This document shows, one piece after another, positions 17,235 through 26,192 of a stretch of DNA of 31,927 nucleotides. Position 1 is the first letter of the stretch. Every line of letters begins with the position of its first letter. A program made the translations under genes and the position numbers. Origin of the DNA: Promethearchaeia archaeon (GTDB lineage Archaea; Asgardarchaeota; Lokiarchaeia; Sigyniarchaeales; SOKP01); assembly GCA_029856105.1 (NCBI GenBank), contig JAHQWH010000115.1, positions 1 through 31,927 on the forward strand, read 5' to 3'. The notes under the pieces are model-generated. The model searched no databases. It was not told the origin of the DNA and saw only the letters and a list, made by a program, of their open reading frames with translations.

Positions 17235-18806
17235 TTAGGCGTTTTTCTCTAAAAATACTACAAATTTTATTTGTTCCTCCCTATCCAAATATTTCAGTTC
17301 TTCCACTATTTTATCGTAATACTCTGGATTAACGTTTTGAAGCTTGTGTATCCTCTTAATCAATTTTTCTGGAATGGTCTCGTATAAATTTCTCAACGCT
17401 CCGATGTACTTCAGTTGCTCCTCCTCAGCTAAGAAAGCTAATTCTTTTAATATTTCTTTTCGTTGTTTTTTAGGTATTTCAAGTTCTAATATCTGTTTTC
17501 TCAAATCTTTAGAGATGATGTTAAATATTTTTGAAAAGTATTCCTTTACTACCTTCCTATCTTTCTCGTTTTTAACTGGTAAAAGCGACTCGTGAAGTCT
17601 TAATTCAATTTCTTTCTCTTTCTTTTTAATTTCTTTTAATTTGGGAGGTTCTTCTTCAATTTTTTCTTTTTCCTCCTCAATAACTTTAACTTCTGACTCT
17701 TCTTCTGCCGGAAGCTCTTTTATAGTACTAACTGTCTGAGATTTCGGTTCTGGGGGTATAACATCTGTTTCTACCAATTGTATCTCTTCTTTTTTAACAA
17801 ATGTTTCTATTGGCTCAACTTTTTGAACTGGAACGATTTCACTTTCTTTTCCTTTTAAACTAGGTTTTTCAATTAAATCGATTGGTTTTCCTACAAAAAG
17901 CAAAAATAGTAAAATAGACTTTAATAAAATAAAGATACCAATATTAAAGAACATTGTACCTATGGCTCCGAAAATGAATATTCGAAGCGCATCACGACCT
18001 GTAAACTTTCGTTTTTCGTGAATTTTAGTCCTTAGCTTTAGATCTATAATCAAAACACTAACAGGTATTAAAAGAAATAAAAATATTAAAGTGTAAGTAT
18101 TCAAGAAAAACATTCCTTCATGGAATCTTAATAAGGAAACATCAATATTCCCAGAGAATGTTCCATAAAGCAGAAGAAACACGATTACGAACCCTGCTTT
18201 TGCTGACAAATTGTTTATTGAATTTTTTAGTTTAAGCCCAAAATTATACAATTTATGATCGCTGCTTTCATGTTTTTTAATAGAATAAATAAGGATTAAT
18301 ATACCCTTGATTAAAATAAATACGCCAGTACCGTAAATAAAGCAACCTAAGATACCATAGCAAATAGCATCTAGTGCTATCTCGTCATAATTATCAGATT
18401 TAATTCTTGGGGAAATAGATTTTGAGTCAAATATGATGATTAACACGCTACTAAACACAATTAAATAAGAAGCCATTACAAGATTAATGTCACCAAATCT
18501 AAATATTGAGTTGAAAACTAAAACTATTATCGAAAAAATAACCATTGGAACATAGTCAAATTTATTGAAACTTTTTATTGCTTTCTCAAGTTTAGATTTT
18601 TTCTTGTCTCTAATTGAAGAGCTGGGTTGAATAGGAATTGATTTTTCTGATGTTTTTACAGAAGCTTGTTTAAATCTTATTCCCGCTAAAGAGAAAGGCG
18701 TTCCACACATTTCGCAATAAACCTGTACTTTATTTTCTATAAGTTCAGATAACTCCTTTGGAAAACCATACCCACAAGAACGGCAAACATACAACATTTT
18801 ATTCAT
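17235..18806 (-). CDS. Hypothetical multi-pass membrane protein with N-terminal zinc ribbon and charged C-terminal region
   Basis: CRSC...CEMC at the N-terminus, about 8 hydrophobic segments, E/K/P-rich linker, helical C-terminus. Confidence 0.8.
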   Translation of the reverse strand: MNKMLYVCRSCGYGFPKELSELIENKVQVYCEMCGTPFSLAGIRFKQASVKTSEKSIPIQPSSSIRDKKKSKLEKAIKSFNKFDYVPMVIFSIIVLVFNSIFRFGDINLVMASYLIVFSSVLIIIFDSKSISPRIKSDNYDEIALDAICYGILGCFIYGTGVFILIKGILILIYSIKKHESSDHKLYNFGLKLKNSINNLSAKAGFVIVFLLLYGTFSGNIDVSLLRFHEGMFFLNTYTLIFLFLLIPVSVLIIDLKLRTKIHEKRKFTGRDALRIFIFGAIGTMFFNIGIFILLKSILLFLLFVGKPIDLIEKPSLKGKESEIVPVQKVEPIETFVKKEEIQLVETDVIPPEPKSQTVSTIKELPAEEESEVKVIEEEKEKIEEEPPKLKEIKKKEKEIELRLHESLLPVKNEKDRKVVKEYFSKIFNIISKDLRKQILELEIPKKQRKEILKELAFLAEEEQLKYIGALRNLYETIPEKLIKRIHKLQNVNPEYYDKIVEELKYLDREEQIKFVVFLEKNA

Positions 18807-19127
18807 TTAAGCCTCACACTTATATATTTAATAATTTTATTTAATTTTTTTAATTTTTGAAAAATAATTAATTTATTTTTCCAATCGTTAGTAAATGAAC
18901 TTTTCCTAAAGTCGAAAAAGCGGTGTAATTAACGCAGAACTTCCGATTATCATAACAGACCAACGCTCTATATAACCACATTGCTAATGCTTAATTATAA
19001 TTGAAAAATAAATAGTTAATTTATAGAAGTAAGAATTTGAATATAAAAAAATTGGAGTCCAGTTTTTAAAAAAATTCTTTCAAAATATAGAAACTTTCAG
19101 TTCTCCTAAATAATTTTGTAAAATTAA

Positions 19128-19628
19128 TTATGAAATTAAATATATCCAATCTAATTTTTTTACGGTTTCATTAAGATTATGATCGTCATTGGTCGAGTTA
19201 TATTCTATGTTAGTAAATAATTTGTATGCTTGTTCGCGAGACGTTTTAAATTGTACTACATCGTCATTTTTACCGTGATAAGCTATAACAGGTACATCCA
19301 CCGGATTGTATTTTTCTAAGTCCAACACTGATGGATCTAGATATGGCGCTAATAATATCAATCTTTTAACCTTTTTAGGGTTTTGAAGCGTATACAAAGC
19401 ACCCATTAGACCTCCAAAACTTGAACCTATTAATATCCATAAGAACTTTTCTCTTAAAATTGATTTTAACTGAGCCATTCTCTTTTCAAGAAGGCCGTTA
19501 ATTGATTCTTTTTGGTTAAACTCAATAAAATCAGGAGTAAGAATCTCTGGAATTAATTTTTTTAAATACACTCCTTTAAAACCCTTGCCCGAACTTTCAA
19601 GACCATGTATGAAAATAATATTTTTCAT
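19128..19628 (-). CDS. Alpha/beta hydrolase (YqiA-like esterase)
   Basis: FIHGLESS oxyanion motif, GSSFGG nucleophile elbow, HGKNDDVV (Asp), DDHNL (His). Confidence 0.9.
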   Translation of the reverse strand: MKNIIFIHGLESSGKGFKGVYLKKLIPEILTPDFIEFNQKESINGLLEKRMAQLKSILREKFLWILIGSSFGGLMGALYTLQNPKKVKRLILLAPYLDPSVLDLEKYNPVDVPVIAYHGKNDDVVQFKTSREQAYKLFTNIEYNSTNDDHNLNETVKKLDWIYLIS

Positions 19629-19655
19629 TTTATTAATTTAGTAGAAATAATTTTC

Positions 19656-20729
19656 TCATTTATCCTGATCATTATCGAGGTCTTCAGGTGATAATGGGTT
19701 TAATTCTTTTTTTAATTTTCTAAATAGCTTTCTCTGACCGAAAAAAATTAAAAGGAAAAGGATACCAAAATAAATCGTTATTATAATTAGTGTCAAGAAA
19801 TAATACGCTTTTGCAAACGACATAAAATGAAGCGCAACTCCGATAATAAATCCCGTAAGTAACCGAGATTCCGTAGTACTTTTTCTAAATAAGAGTTTCT
19901 GAGTCCCCCAATCTATCAGTCCTGGTATTGGAAAGACGATTATTATAAGTAAAGCTATTTCAGCGCTAAATCGAGCGTTAAATATCAATTCAGATAAGTG
20001 CGTAAAAAAAACAGACATAACTACTCCTATTATCATTCCTGAACATCTTGAACAAAAATATATTTTTGTCCTTCCAAATTGGAAATAAAATGTATGGTCG
20101 CTTGCTTCAACGGGATGATGTGTTAAGAGTAAATAATATAGATGTCTTTCCTCTGAAGCTAAAGTTTTGTCGTAGATAATTAAAAGAATAGGTATTGAAA
20201 AAATGGTTGAAATAAGCGTTTGTAAGAAAAATTTGAACCCAAAGTTGATAAAAATAGTTTCCAATTCTAAAGGATTGGAATATAACGAAAGTTGGAATAC
20301 GATAATTAAAAACATCACAATAAACGAATTAATTACCAATAACAAGAAAGTGTAATAAACAGCCATACCTTTTTGATATTTTAACGGCTTATATTTATAT
20401 AAACCAGCTATCAAACCATAAATAGCCACAACAAGACACCAATCTAAGTAAATATTGTTGTAAAACGCGAATTGGTATAGGAGTTCACCTAAAAATCCCG
20501 CTACAAACGCTTGAATTGGACCCGCTATTATCGAAAAAAATGTAAAAATTAATAACAATAACCCAAAAGTTATTGAAAACTCATTAATTCCAATAAAGGG
20601 TTTGGAAATTGAACCAAAAACTTCCGAGATATATATGTAACTCATAATAATAAAAACTGTTATGAGAATGTTCATAAATATCGATCTTAAGCTAAATTTT
20701 GGCGTCTTTTTAGCGGGTTCAACGCTCAT
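19656..20729 (-). CDS. Membrane protein: ECF S-component-like N-terminal domain fused to a DUF2085-like C-terminal domain
   Basis: N-half AGPIQAFVAGFLGELL...WCLVVAIYGLIAG resembles S-components. C-half THH...FCSRCSG...IDWGTQ...STTESRLLTGFIIG matches my recollection of the DUF2085 pattern. Confidence 0.65.
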   Translation of the reverse strand: MSVEPAKKTPKFSLRSIFMNILITVFIIMSYIYISEVFGSISKPFIGINEFSITFGLLLLIFTFFSIIAGPIQAFVAGFLGELLYQFAFYNNIYLDWCLVVAIYGLIAGLYKYKPLKYQKGMAVYYTFLLLVINSFIVMFLIIVFQLSLYSNPLELETIFINFGFKFFLQTLISTIFSIPILLIIYDKTLASEERHLYYLLLTHHPVEASDHTFYFQFGRTKIYFCSRCSGMIIGVVMSVFFTHLSELIFNARFSAEIALLIIIVFPIPGLIDWGTQKLLFRKSTTESRLLTGFIIGVALHFMSFAKAYYFLTLIIITIYFGILFLLIFFGQRKLFRKLKKELNPLSPEDLDNDQDK

Positions 20730-20778
20730 GTTAATCGCTCTTTAATACTATTATTAATGCTAATAAATGTAAAATAAA

Positions 20779-21453
20779 TTATATAGGCAATTTTTTATTA
20801 AAAATAAGATCTAGATCCTCAATTAATTTTTTTTTTGTAAGTTCAAAGCCCTTGCGAAGTACATTTACAATAATATTCCTTCCTGCAGGAACATCTAAAA
20901 TATTATCGTCTTGTTCTACGACTGCAATGCCCTCGTCGTTATAATCTAGTTGACGCATTAGAGCTTGAAGCGCTTTTTCTTTAGTTTTAAAAGTAGCTAT
21001 TGATAATTCGTTGTAATCTTTTACTTCTTCATTAACCTGTAAAAATAATATACACTCCTCTAATTGCGAAATAAATAATTTTTTTGTAATATCTTTTAGT
21101 TTTTTATAGTGTTTATGATTTTTTTTACACTGCCTATCTGTTTGGTCATTTTTTAAGTAGCTTGGAAATTTTCTATTAATAACATCATCAAATTTTTCTT
21201 TGGAAATGTCTCCATTTTCTACAAGTAATTTAGCAGAATCTAGCGTGATATTTATCTGTTTCAATGTGCCTACGCGGGCTTCATTATCGCTCCAATACTT
21301 ATAAAAAGATTTTACGATAGGTTTTATAACAAAATTCAATAATCCCACATTTAATTCTGAATCAATTAACTCTCTTCCAATATTAAGAGATATATCAGTT
21401 TGTGCTATCATTCTTTGTTCTACAATATTATAATTCCTTTGGACATAACTCAT
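20779..21453 (-). CDS. Hypothetical protein, tandem paralog of 21576-22232
   Basis: 224-aa ORF with GGAG upstream of ATG; alignable end to end with its neighbour. Confidence 0.85.
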   Translation of the reverse strand: MSYVQRNYNIVEQRMIAQTDISLNIGRELIDSELNVGLLNFVIKPIVKSFYKYWSDNEARVGTLKQINITLDSAKLLVENGDISKEKFDDVINRKFPSYLKNDQTDRQCKKNHKHYKKLKDITKKLFISQLEECILFLQVNEEVKDYNELSIATFKTKEKALQALMRQLDYNDEGIAVVEQDDNILDVPAGRNIIVNVLRKGFELTKKKLIEDLDLIFNKKLPI

Positions 21454-21575
21454 GATTAAATCTCCAACGTTGTCAATAGTTTATAATTTTCTTATTAACC
21501 TTAACCTAATTATATTTTTAATATTTTTTTAATAAAAAATTTAAAATATATCATAAAATAATACTTTAATTATCT

Positions 21576-22232
21576 TTAGATGTAAGTATCGCCTATAGCT
21601 TCAATAAATTCATCCTTTGTTACTTCAAACCCTTTTCTTAGCGCTTTAATAATGATTTTCTTACCAGTTGGTAACGAAAGAATAGATGGATCCTCTTCAA
21701 TAATTTTAATTCCATTTTCAGTAAGTTCTAATTGCTTCATTAAATTACTAGTTGCTATTTCTTTTGTTTTAAATGCAGCTCTACAAAGGTCTCCATAATC
21801 TTTTACATCCTCTTTAACTTCTAAAAAAGTTTTAACTTCTTTTAGATAATTGATGAATGTGTCTTTTGAATTGATTTTTAACTTCTCATAGTTTTTATGA
21901 TGTTTGCTACATTGATAAGTAACTTGATCATATTTTAAAAAATTAGGAAAATTTTCTTCAATAATGTTATTAAAACCTGCTTCAGAATTGCCGTTTAGTA
22001 ACAATTTCTTTCCGGCCTCTAGGGAGATATTTATTTGTTTTAATGTACCTTTTCTCGCATCGTGTTGTGCCCAATAATCATAAAACGCTTTTACGATAGG
22101 TCGTACTATAAAATTCAAGATTCCCGTATCTAATTCACTATCAATTAGCTTTCTTCCTAAGGCGAGCGAATTTTCCATTTGAAAAATCATTCGCTCTTTC
22201 ACAATGCTATAATTCCGTTCTAAATAATCCAA
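21576..22232 (-). CDS. Hypothetical protein, tandem paralog of 20779-21453
   Basis: 218-aa ORF with a TTG start preceded by GGGGA. Shares RNY, LIDSEL, GTLKQINI, DQ...QC.K.HK.Y and LRKGFE with its neighbour. Confidence 0.85.
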   Translation of the reverse strand: MDYLERNYSIVKERMIFQMENSLALGRKLIDSELDTGILNFIVRPIVKAFYDYWAQHDARKGTLKQINISLEAGKKLLLNGNSEAGFNNIIEENFPNFLKYDQVTYQCSKHHKNYEKLKINSKDTFINYLKEVKTFLEVKEDVKDYGDLCRAAFKTKEIATSNLMKQLELTENGIKIIEEDPSILSLPTGKKIIIKALRKGFEVTKDEFIEAIGDTYI

Positions 22233-22390
22233 GAAATATCCCCACGTAAAAAAAAAATCACATAATTGTTCAATTGAAACTATATTAAATATAAAAAAAG
22301 TTCAAAATTTTTTAACTTTTTTATAATTTTAATAGTCTTAAAAGTATTAACTCGATATTGACTCGAAAAAAGTAAGAATAATAATAAGTA

Positions 22391-22405
22391 AAAACCTTTA
22401 TAATT
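22391..22405 (+). promoter_or_regulatory. Candidate BRE/TATA promoter element for the 1247-aa gene
   Basis: AAAACCTTTATAATT lies about 45 nt upstream of ATG 22449 and fits the archaeal BRE-TATA arrangement, but the region is very AT-rich. Confidence 0.35.
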
Positions 22406-22448
22406 ATATTAATTTTTAATTATAAAATAACATCTTTAGATTAATCCC

Positions 22449-25400
22449 ATGCGTTACATCTTTAAAACTCTCTTATTGGGTTTAGATGGAGAAGCTATTT
22501 CTTTTTACGCTCTTAGAGCATTCGGAGAAGAGGGTGAAAATAAAGGAGCGTATTTGGAGTTATATAAGGAAGTAAAAGCATTCGAGGACATTTGCGATTT
22601 AGAAGTAGACGCAATAACCGATGTTATTAACGCAGATTTTGATGAAATCATTCCTACTGCGGACGGAATCATTTTTTTCGTAAACCCTACTCAAAAAGAA
22701 GAGGCTGAATTTTTCGATATTATATTACCTATTATTAAATCTGTTAAAAGGAATATCCCCATTATTTTAATGTACTACGATCAACAAGGAATTTTCCCTA
22801 TATCTATAAATGAATTGTTAGAAAATCTTTGGTTCAAATATCTCGATGTAGAAGCATTTGTTAATCTTCCCCCAAAAGAATTCCACCAAGTTTTGCAGTG
22901 TTTGTGCGTAGCAATGATAACGGGAATGTCTCCTCTTAACATTGAAAACGCGTGGATGAGGTTTCCCATTTATATCCAGCTAGCAAATATTTTTTTTAAA
23001 AAAGCAGAAAAAGAGCTCAAACCTGAATTTTATTTTTTTGCTGCCCAAGCCATTAAAAAAGCTGCGATAATTGCTGATATATTAGATAAAGAGGAATTTT
23101 ACATAATGTGCGAGCAAGCAGCTTTTCTCTATTCAAAAGTTAAGTTATATTTAGATGCTTCACAAATTTTACAAAATGTAGATAAAAGAAAATCGGAAAA
23201 CTTCAAGAAGTTATATGCTGATAGTATGGTTTTAGAAGGTAATAAATTATTTAATAAAAGACAATACGATCTTGCGGCAAGGCAGTACTTGGCAGCGGCT
23301 CAATGGTCGTCAATAGAACTCAAAGATAAGGATTTGCGGGATGAATCTTTTCTTTTAGCAATTAACTCTTGGATTTCTGCTTGTAAAGTTGAAAATGCGT
23401 TCAAAATTATTAATAGTCTCCCCCACGAAAAAACACTTCTTATCCTAAGTGAAATTCCTCAAAAAATTATTGCAATGGCAGATTATTTAATTAAAGAAAA
23501 GAAATATTTAGCTGTCCGCGAGCAATTGTATAGGGCAGTCTCCGAATACCAACAAGAAGGTTTATTTGATGAATTAGAAAAATTCACTTCTAAGTTAACT
23601 GAAGTCTTAAAAACATTATTAAAACAACAGGTTAAGGAAGAAAAGAGGTTTTTTGCAAAGCAATCTTATGATGAGATCGAAAATCTTTGGGAAACTTATA
23701 ACGTTAAAAAATCAAATGTAGACTCTCAGTTAGAAAATTTAATTAAATTATTCTTAGACAATCTTGATTTTGGCAACGCTACAATTTTAATTAATAAATT
23801 AAATTCCTTGTCAGTAAAGAAAAAATTAACGAAATTAAGCTCTAAAGTTGAAGATGAAAATAAGGAATTAATAAAGAAGGAAATAGAAGAAAATATTGAG
23901 AAAGGTGTGGAAATTCTAAACGGTTTCATAGAAAAGGAGTTAGAAATTTTTACAGAAATTAACACCCTAATAATTCAAGAAGCTAATTTATTAATTGAAA
24001 ACAACGATTATCCAAAAGCCGCTAATCTGGTGAAAACTCAAGCAGATTTTTTCAAACGAATTGCTAGGGAAGATATTCAAAATCAAATGTTAAAAAAAAA
24101 CTTAGATATCCTCTTAATCGGTAAAATTTTCGATCAATTTTTTAAAGTGTATTACGAATTATCAAAGAGAACAAAAAAGGAGTATTTAAAGAATAAACTT
24201 GTTATTATCATAAAAAAATTAAATGAAATTGTAGAGGAACGAGATTACGAAGAAAATGAAGAAATATTTGAACTTTTTATCTCAATTTTTAGAGAACAAA
24301 TGTTATACGAGCAATCTAAGGAAATTAGTCAAATCTTTATAGATTCAATCAAAACCGAAGGACTAAAAATTGCCGAAAGTGGCGAAGATAAACTTGTCAT
24401 CGAAGCTTCACTGAAATTAATTAAAAAAGCTACAGATATTTCGTTAGCATATATGGAAAAACCTGAATTGAGCTTCAATAATATTTATAAAAGGATTACA
24501 GAAATATATATAACCTTAGATGATTTATCTTCCGCTCATGCTATTAACGATAAAATCGACGATAAATGGCTTAAAGCTGAACTTAATAAGAAAATCGAAA
24601 ATCTCGAGGCTAAAAAAAGCGCCATCGTTGTTAAGAAAGCCGAAGAAACTTTTGAAGGGGAGGTTTTAAAAGAAAAACTCTCGATAATTCAGAACAAAGC
24701 AAGAGAGGCGCTCCATGACAAGGAAAGGGAATTCAAACAGAGAAAAGCCTTAAAAAGGGCCTATTTTATTGACGCGTTAGCGTATTTGAGTACGCAAGAT
24801 TTAGATAATGCCATAGAGAAATATAAAGAAAGCATAAAGCGTTTAATTAAAATAAAAAAATATAATTTAGCAGGCGTTTCTTTAGCAGTACTTTTTTTAT
24901 TGCTTAATAAACTAAATAAGATTGAAGATATTAACAACATTTTAATACGCGCAAAAACTAGTTTATCGAGTTTAGAAAAATCATTTACTGAAACTTTTCC
25001 AGTATCTTTGGTTGAATACCTTATAGAAATCGAGAAATTAAACGATCCTGTTGTGTTGAACGAATCAATACAGTTTATGGAAAATTTACCATTATTTGAA
25101 GAAGAAACCCTCCTAATTTCTGAAATCTTAGGCAAGTCACATAAAATAATTAGTGAACTTGAAGATTTGAAAAAGCAAATTATTGAAGTCGAGAAATTAA
25201 AAGTTAAAATTAACGAAATCGCTAAAAGTATACAAAAAGAAAGGAAAGATGTTGCAAGAAGAAAATTAATGAGAGATCAATATTGGAAATTAGCCTTAGA
25301 GGATCTTTCTAACAAAAAATTTCAAGTAGCCATGAACGAATATAGTGATACAATTCCTAAATTGCTGGAAAAAAAATTTTATAAGCAAGCTTCAATAAGT

Positions 25401-26192
25401 CTGATATTAAGCACGTTTTTAATTGTAAAAACAAAGGGCGCATCATTAGCTAAATCCTATTTAAATGATAAACTAGCGAATAATAAAGAATACGACCTTG
25501 AAGATATGCCGGAGATACAAATCACAAAAGAGCTTCTTTTAGCGTTAGATAACAATGTTTTAGAAATAGTAGATTTATGTTTAGAACTCTTAATAGATAA
25601 ATTAACTCTTTTTGACCCTGAGATCTTATTACTAGAATCTCTTTTACCCGAAAAAAAAGAACTGGTAGAAACAGAAGTAAAATTAACGCGGAAAGAGGTA
25701 GGCGAACAAAAACTACTTAATATAGAAATGGATCAAATAAAGGGTAAATTGCAGCAAAAAATGGGAGACATTAGGAGAGAAAAAGAAGAATTTTTAAAGA
25801 AACGTAGCGTAATGAAAAAGAGATATTACAAAGATGTAATTATATCTCTCGAAAGTTACTCATTTAAAAAGACGGGTCTACAATATCTCGAACTAGCAAA
25901 AACAATATCAAAAAGAAAAGACCTTAGAACCAGTTCGCTATTAATTCTTTTACACGGATTGTCCCTTCTAAAAGCAAACGAGCCGATTAAGGAAATACAA
26001 ACAAACATTAAAAACTTTCTTGACTCATTAGGTTTAAATAAGCAATTAGTAGAAGATACATTTCATATTACTCTCATAAAATTTTACCTGGATATGATTT
26101 CACATAATCTTGATAAATATCTTCCACATATTAGAGAAATGTTAGAATTATTACCACTATTTGAAGAAGAAAAACAGTTAATTGAAATTTAA
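22449..26192 (+). CDS. Large protein: degenerate small-GTPase-like N-terminal domain plus alpha-helical (SNAP/TPR-like) solenoid with three C-terminal repeats
   Basis: YIFKTLLLG, TADGIIFFVN and NIPIILM follow Ras-fold strand order without GKT/DxxG/NKxD. The remainder is helical with TPR-like patterns such as LFNKRQYDLAARQYLAAAQW. Confidence 0.75.
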   Translation: MRYIFKTLLLGLDGEAISFYALRAFGEEGENKGAYLELYKEVKAFEDICDLEVDAITDVINADFDEIIPTADGIIFFVNPTQKEEAEFFDIILPIIKSVKRNIPIILMYYDQQGIFPISINELLENLWFKYLDVEAFVNLPPKEFHQVLQCLCVAMITGMSPLNIENAWMRFPIYIQLANIFFKKAEKELKPEFYFFAAQAIKKAAIIADILDKEEFYIMCEQAAFLYSKVKLYLDASQILQNVDKRKSENFKKLYADSMVLEGNKLFNKRQYDLAARQYLAAAQWSSIELKDKDLRDESFLLAINSWISACKVENAFKIINSLPHEKTLLILSEIPQKIIAMADYLIKEKKYLAVREQLYRAVSEYQQEGLFDELEKFTSKLTEVLKTLLKQQVKEEKRFFAKQSYDEIENLWETYNVKKSNVDSQLENLIKLFLDNLDFGNATILINKLNSLSVKKKLTKLSSKVEDENKELIKKEIEENIEKGVEILNGFIEKELEIFTEINTLIIQEANLLIENNDYPKAANLVKTQADFFKRIAREDIQNQMLKKNLDILLIGKIFDQFFKVYYELSKRTKKEYLKNKLVIIIKKLNEIVEERDYEENEEIFELFISIFREQMLYEQSKEISQIFIDSIKTEGLKIAESGEDKLVIEASLKLIKKATDISLAYMEKPELSFNNIYKRITEIYITLDDLSSAHAINDKIDDKWLKAELNKKIENLEAKKSAIVVKKAEETFEGEVLKEKLSIIQNKAREALHDKEREFKQRKALKRAYFIDALAYLSTQDLDNAIEKYKESIKRLIKIKKYNLAGVSLAVLFLLLNKLNKIEDINNILIRAKTSLSSLEKSFTETFPVSLVEYLIEIEKLNDPVVLNESIQFMENLPLFEEETLLISEILGKSHKIISELEDLKKQIIEVEKLKVKINEIAKSIQKERKDVARRKLMRDQYWKLALEDLSNKKFQVAMNEYSDTIPKLLEKKFYKQASISLILSTFLIVKTKGASLAKSYLNDKLANNKEYDLEDMPEIQITKELLLALDNNVLEIVDLCLELLIDKLTLFDPEILLLESLLPEKKELVETEVKLTRKEVGEQKLLNIEMDQIKGKLQQKMGDIRREKEEFLKKRSVMKKRYYKDVIISLESYSFKKTGLQYLELAKTISKRKDLRTSSLLILLHGLSLLKANEPIKEIQTNIKNFLDSLGLNKQLVEDTFHITLIKFYLDMISHNLDKYLPHIREMLELLPLFEEEKQLIEI

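Noticed and set aside
18886-18934. SECIS-like hairpin with an AUGA core
   Set aside because: The opposing strand lacks the GA needed for the tandem GA core, and no in-frame UGA selenoprotein candidate was seen nearby on that strand.
17223-22257. Homopolymer runs (T-run at 17223-17233, A-run at 22248-22257) as phase-variation switches
   Set aside because: Both are intergenic, and such runs are expected in sequence this AT-rich.
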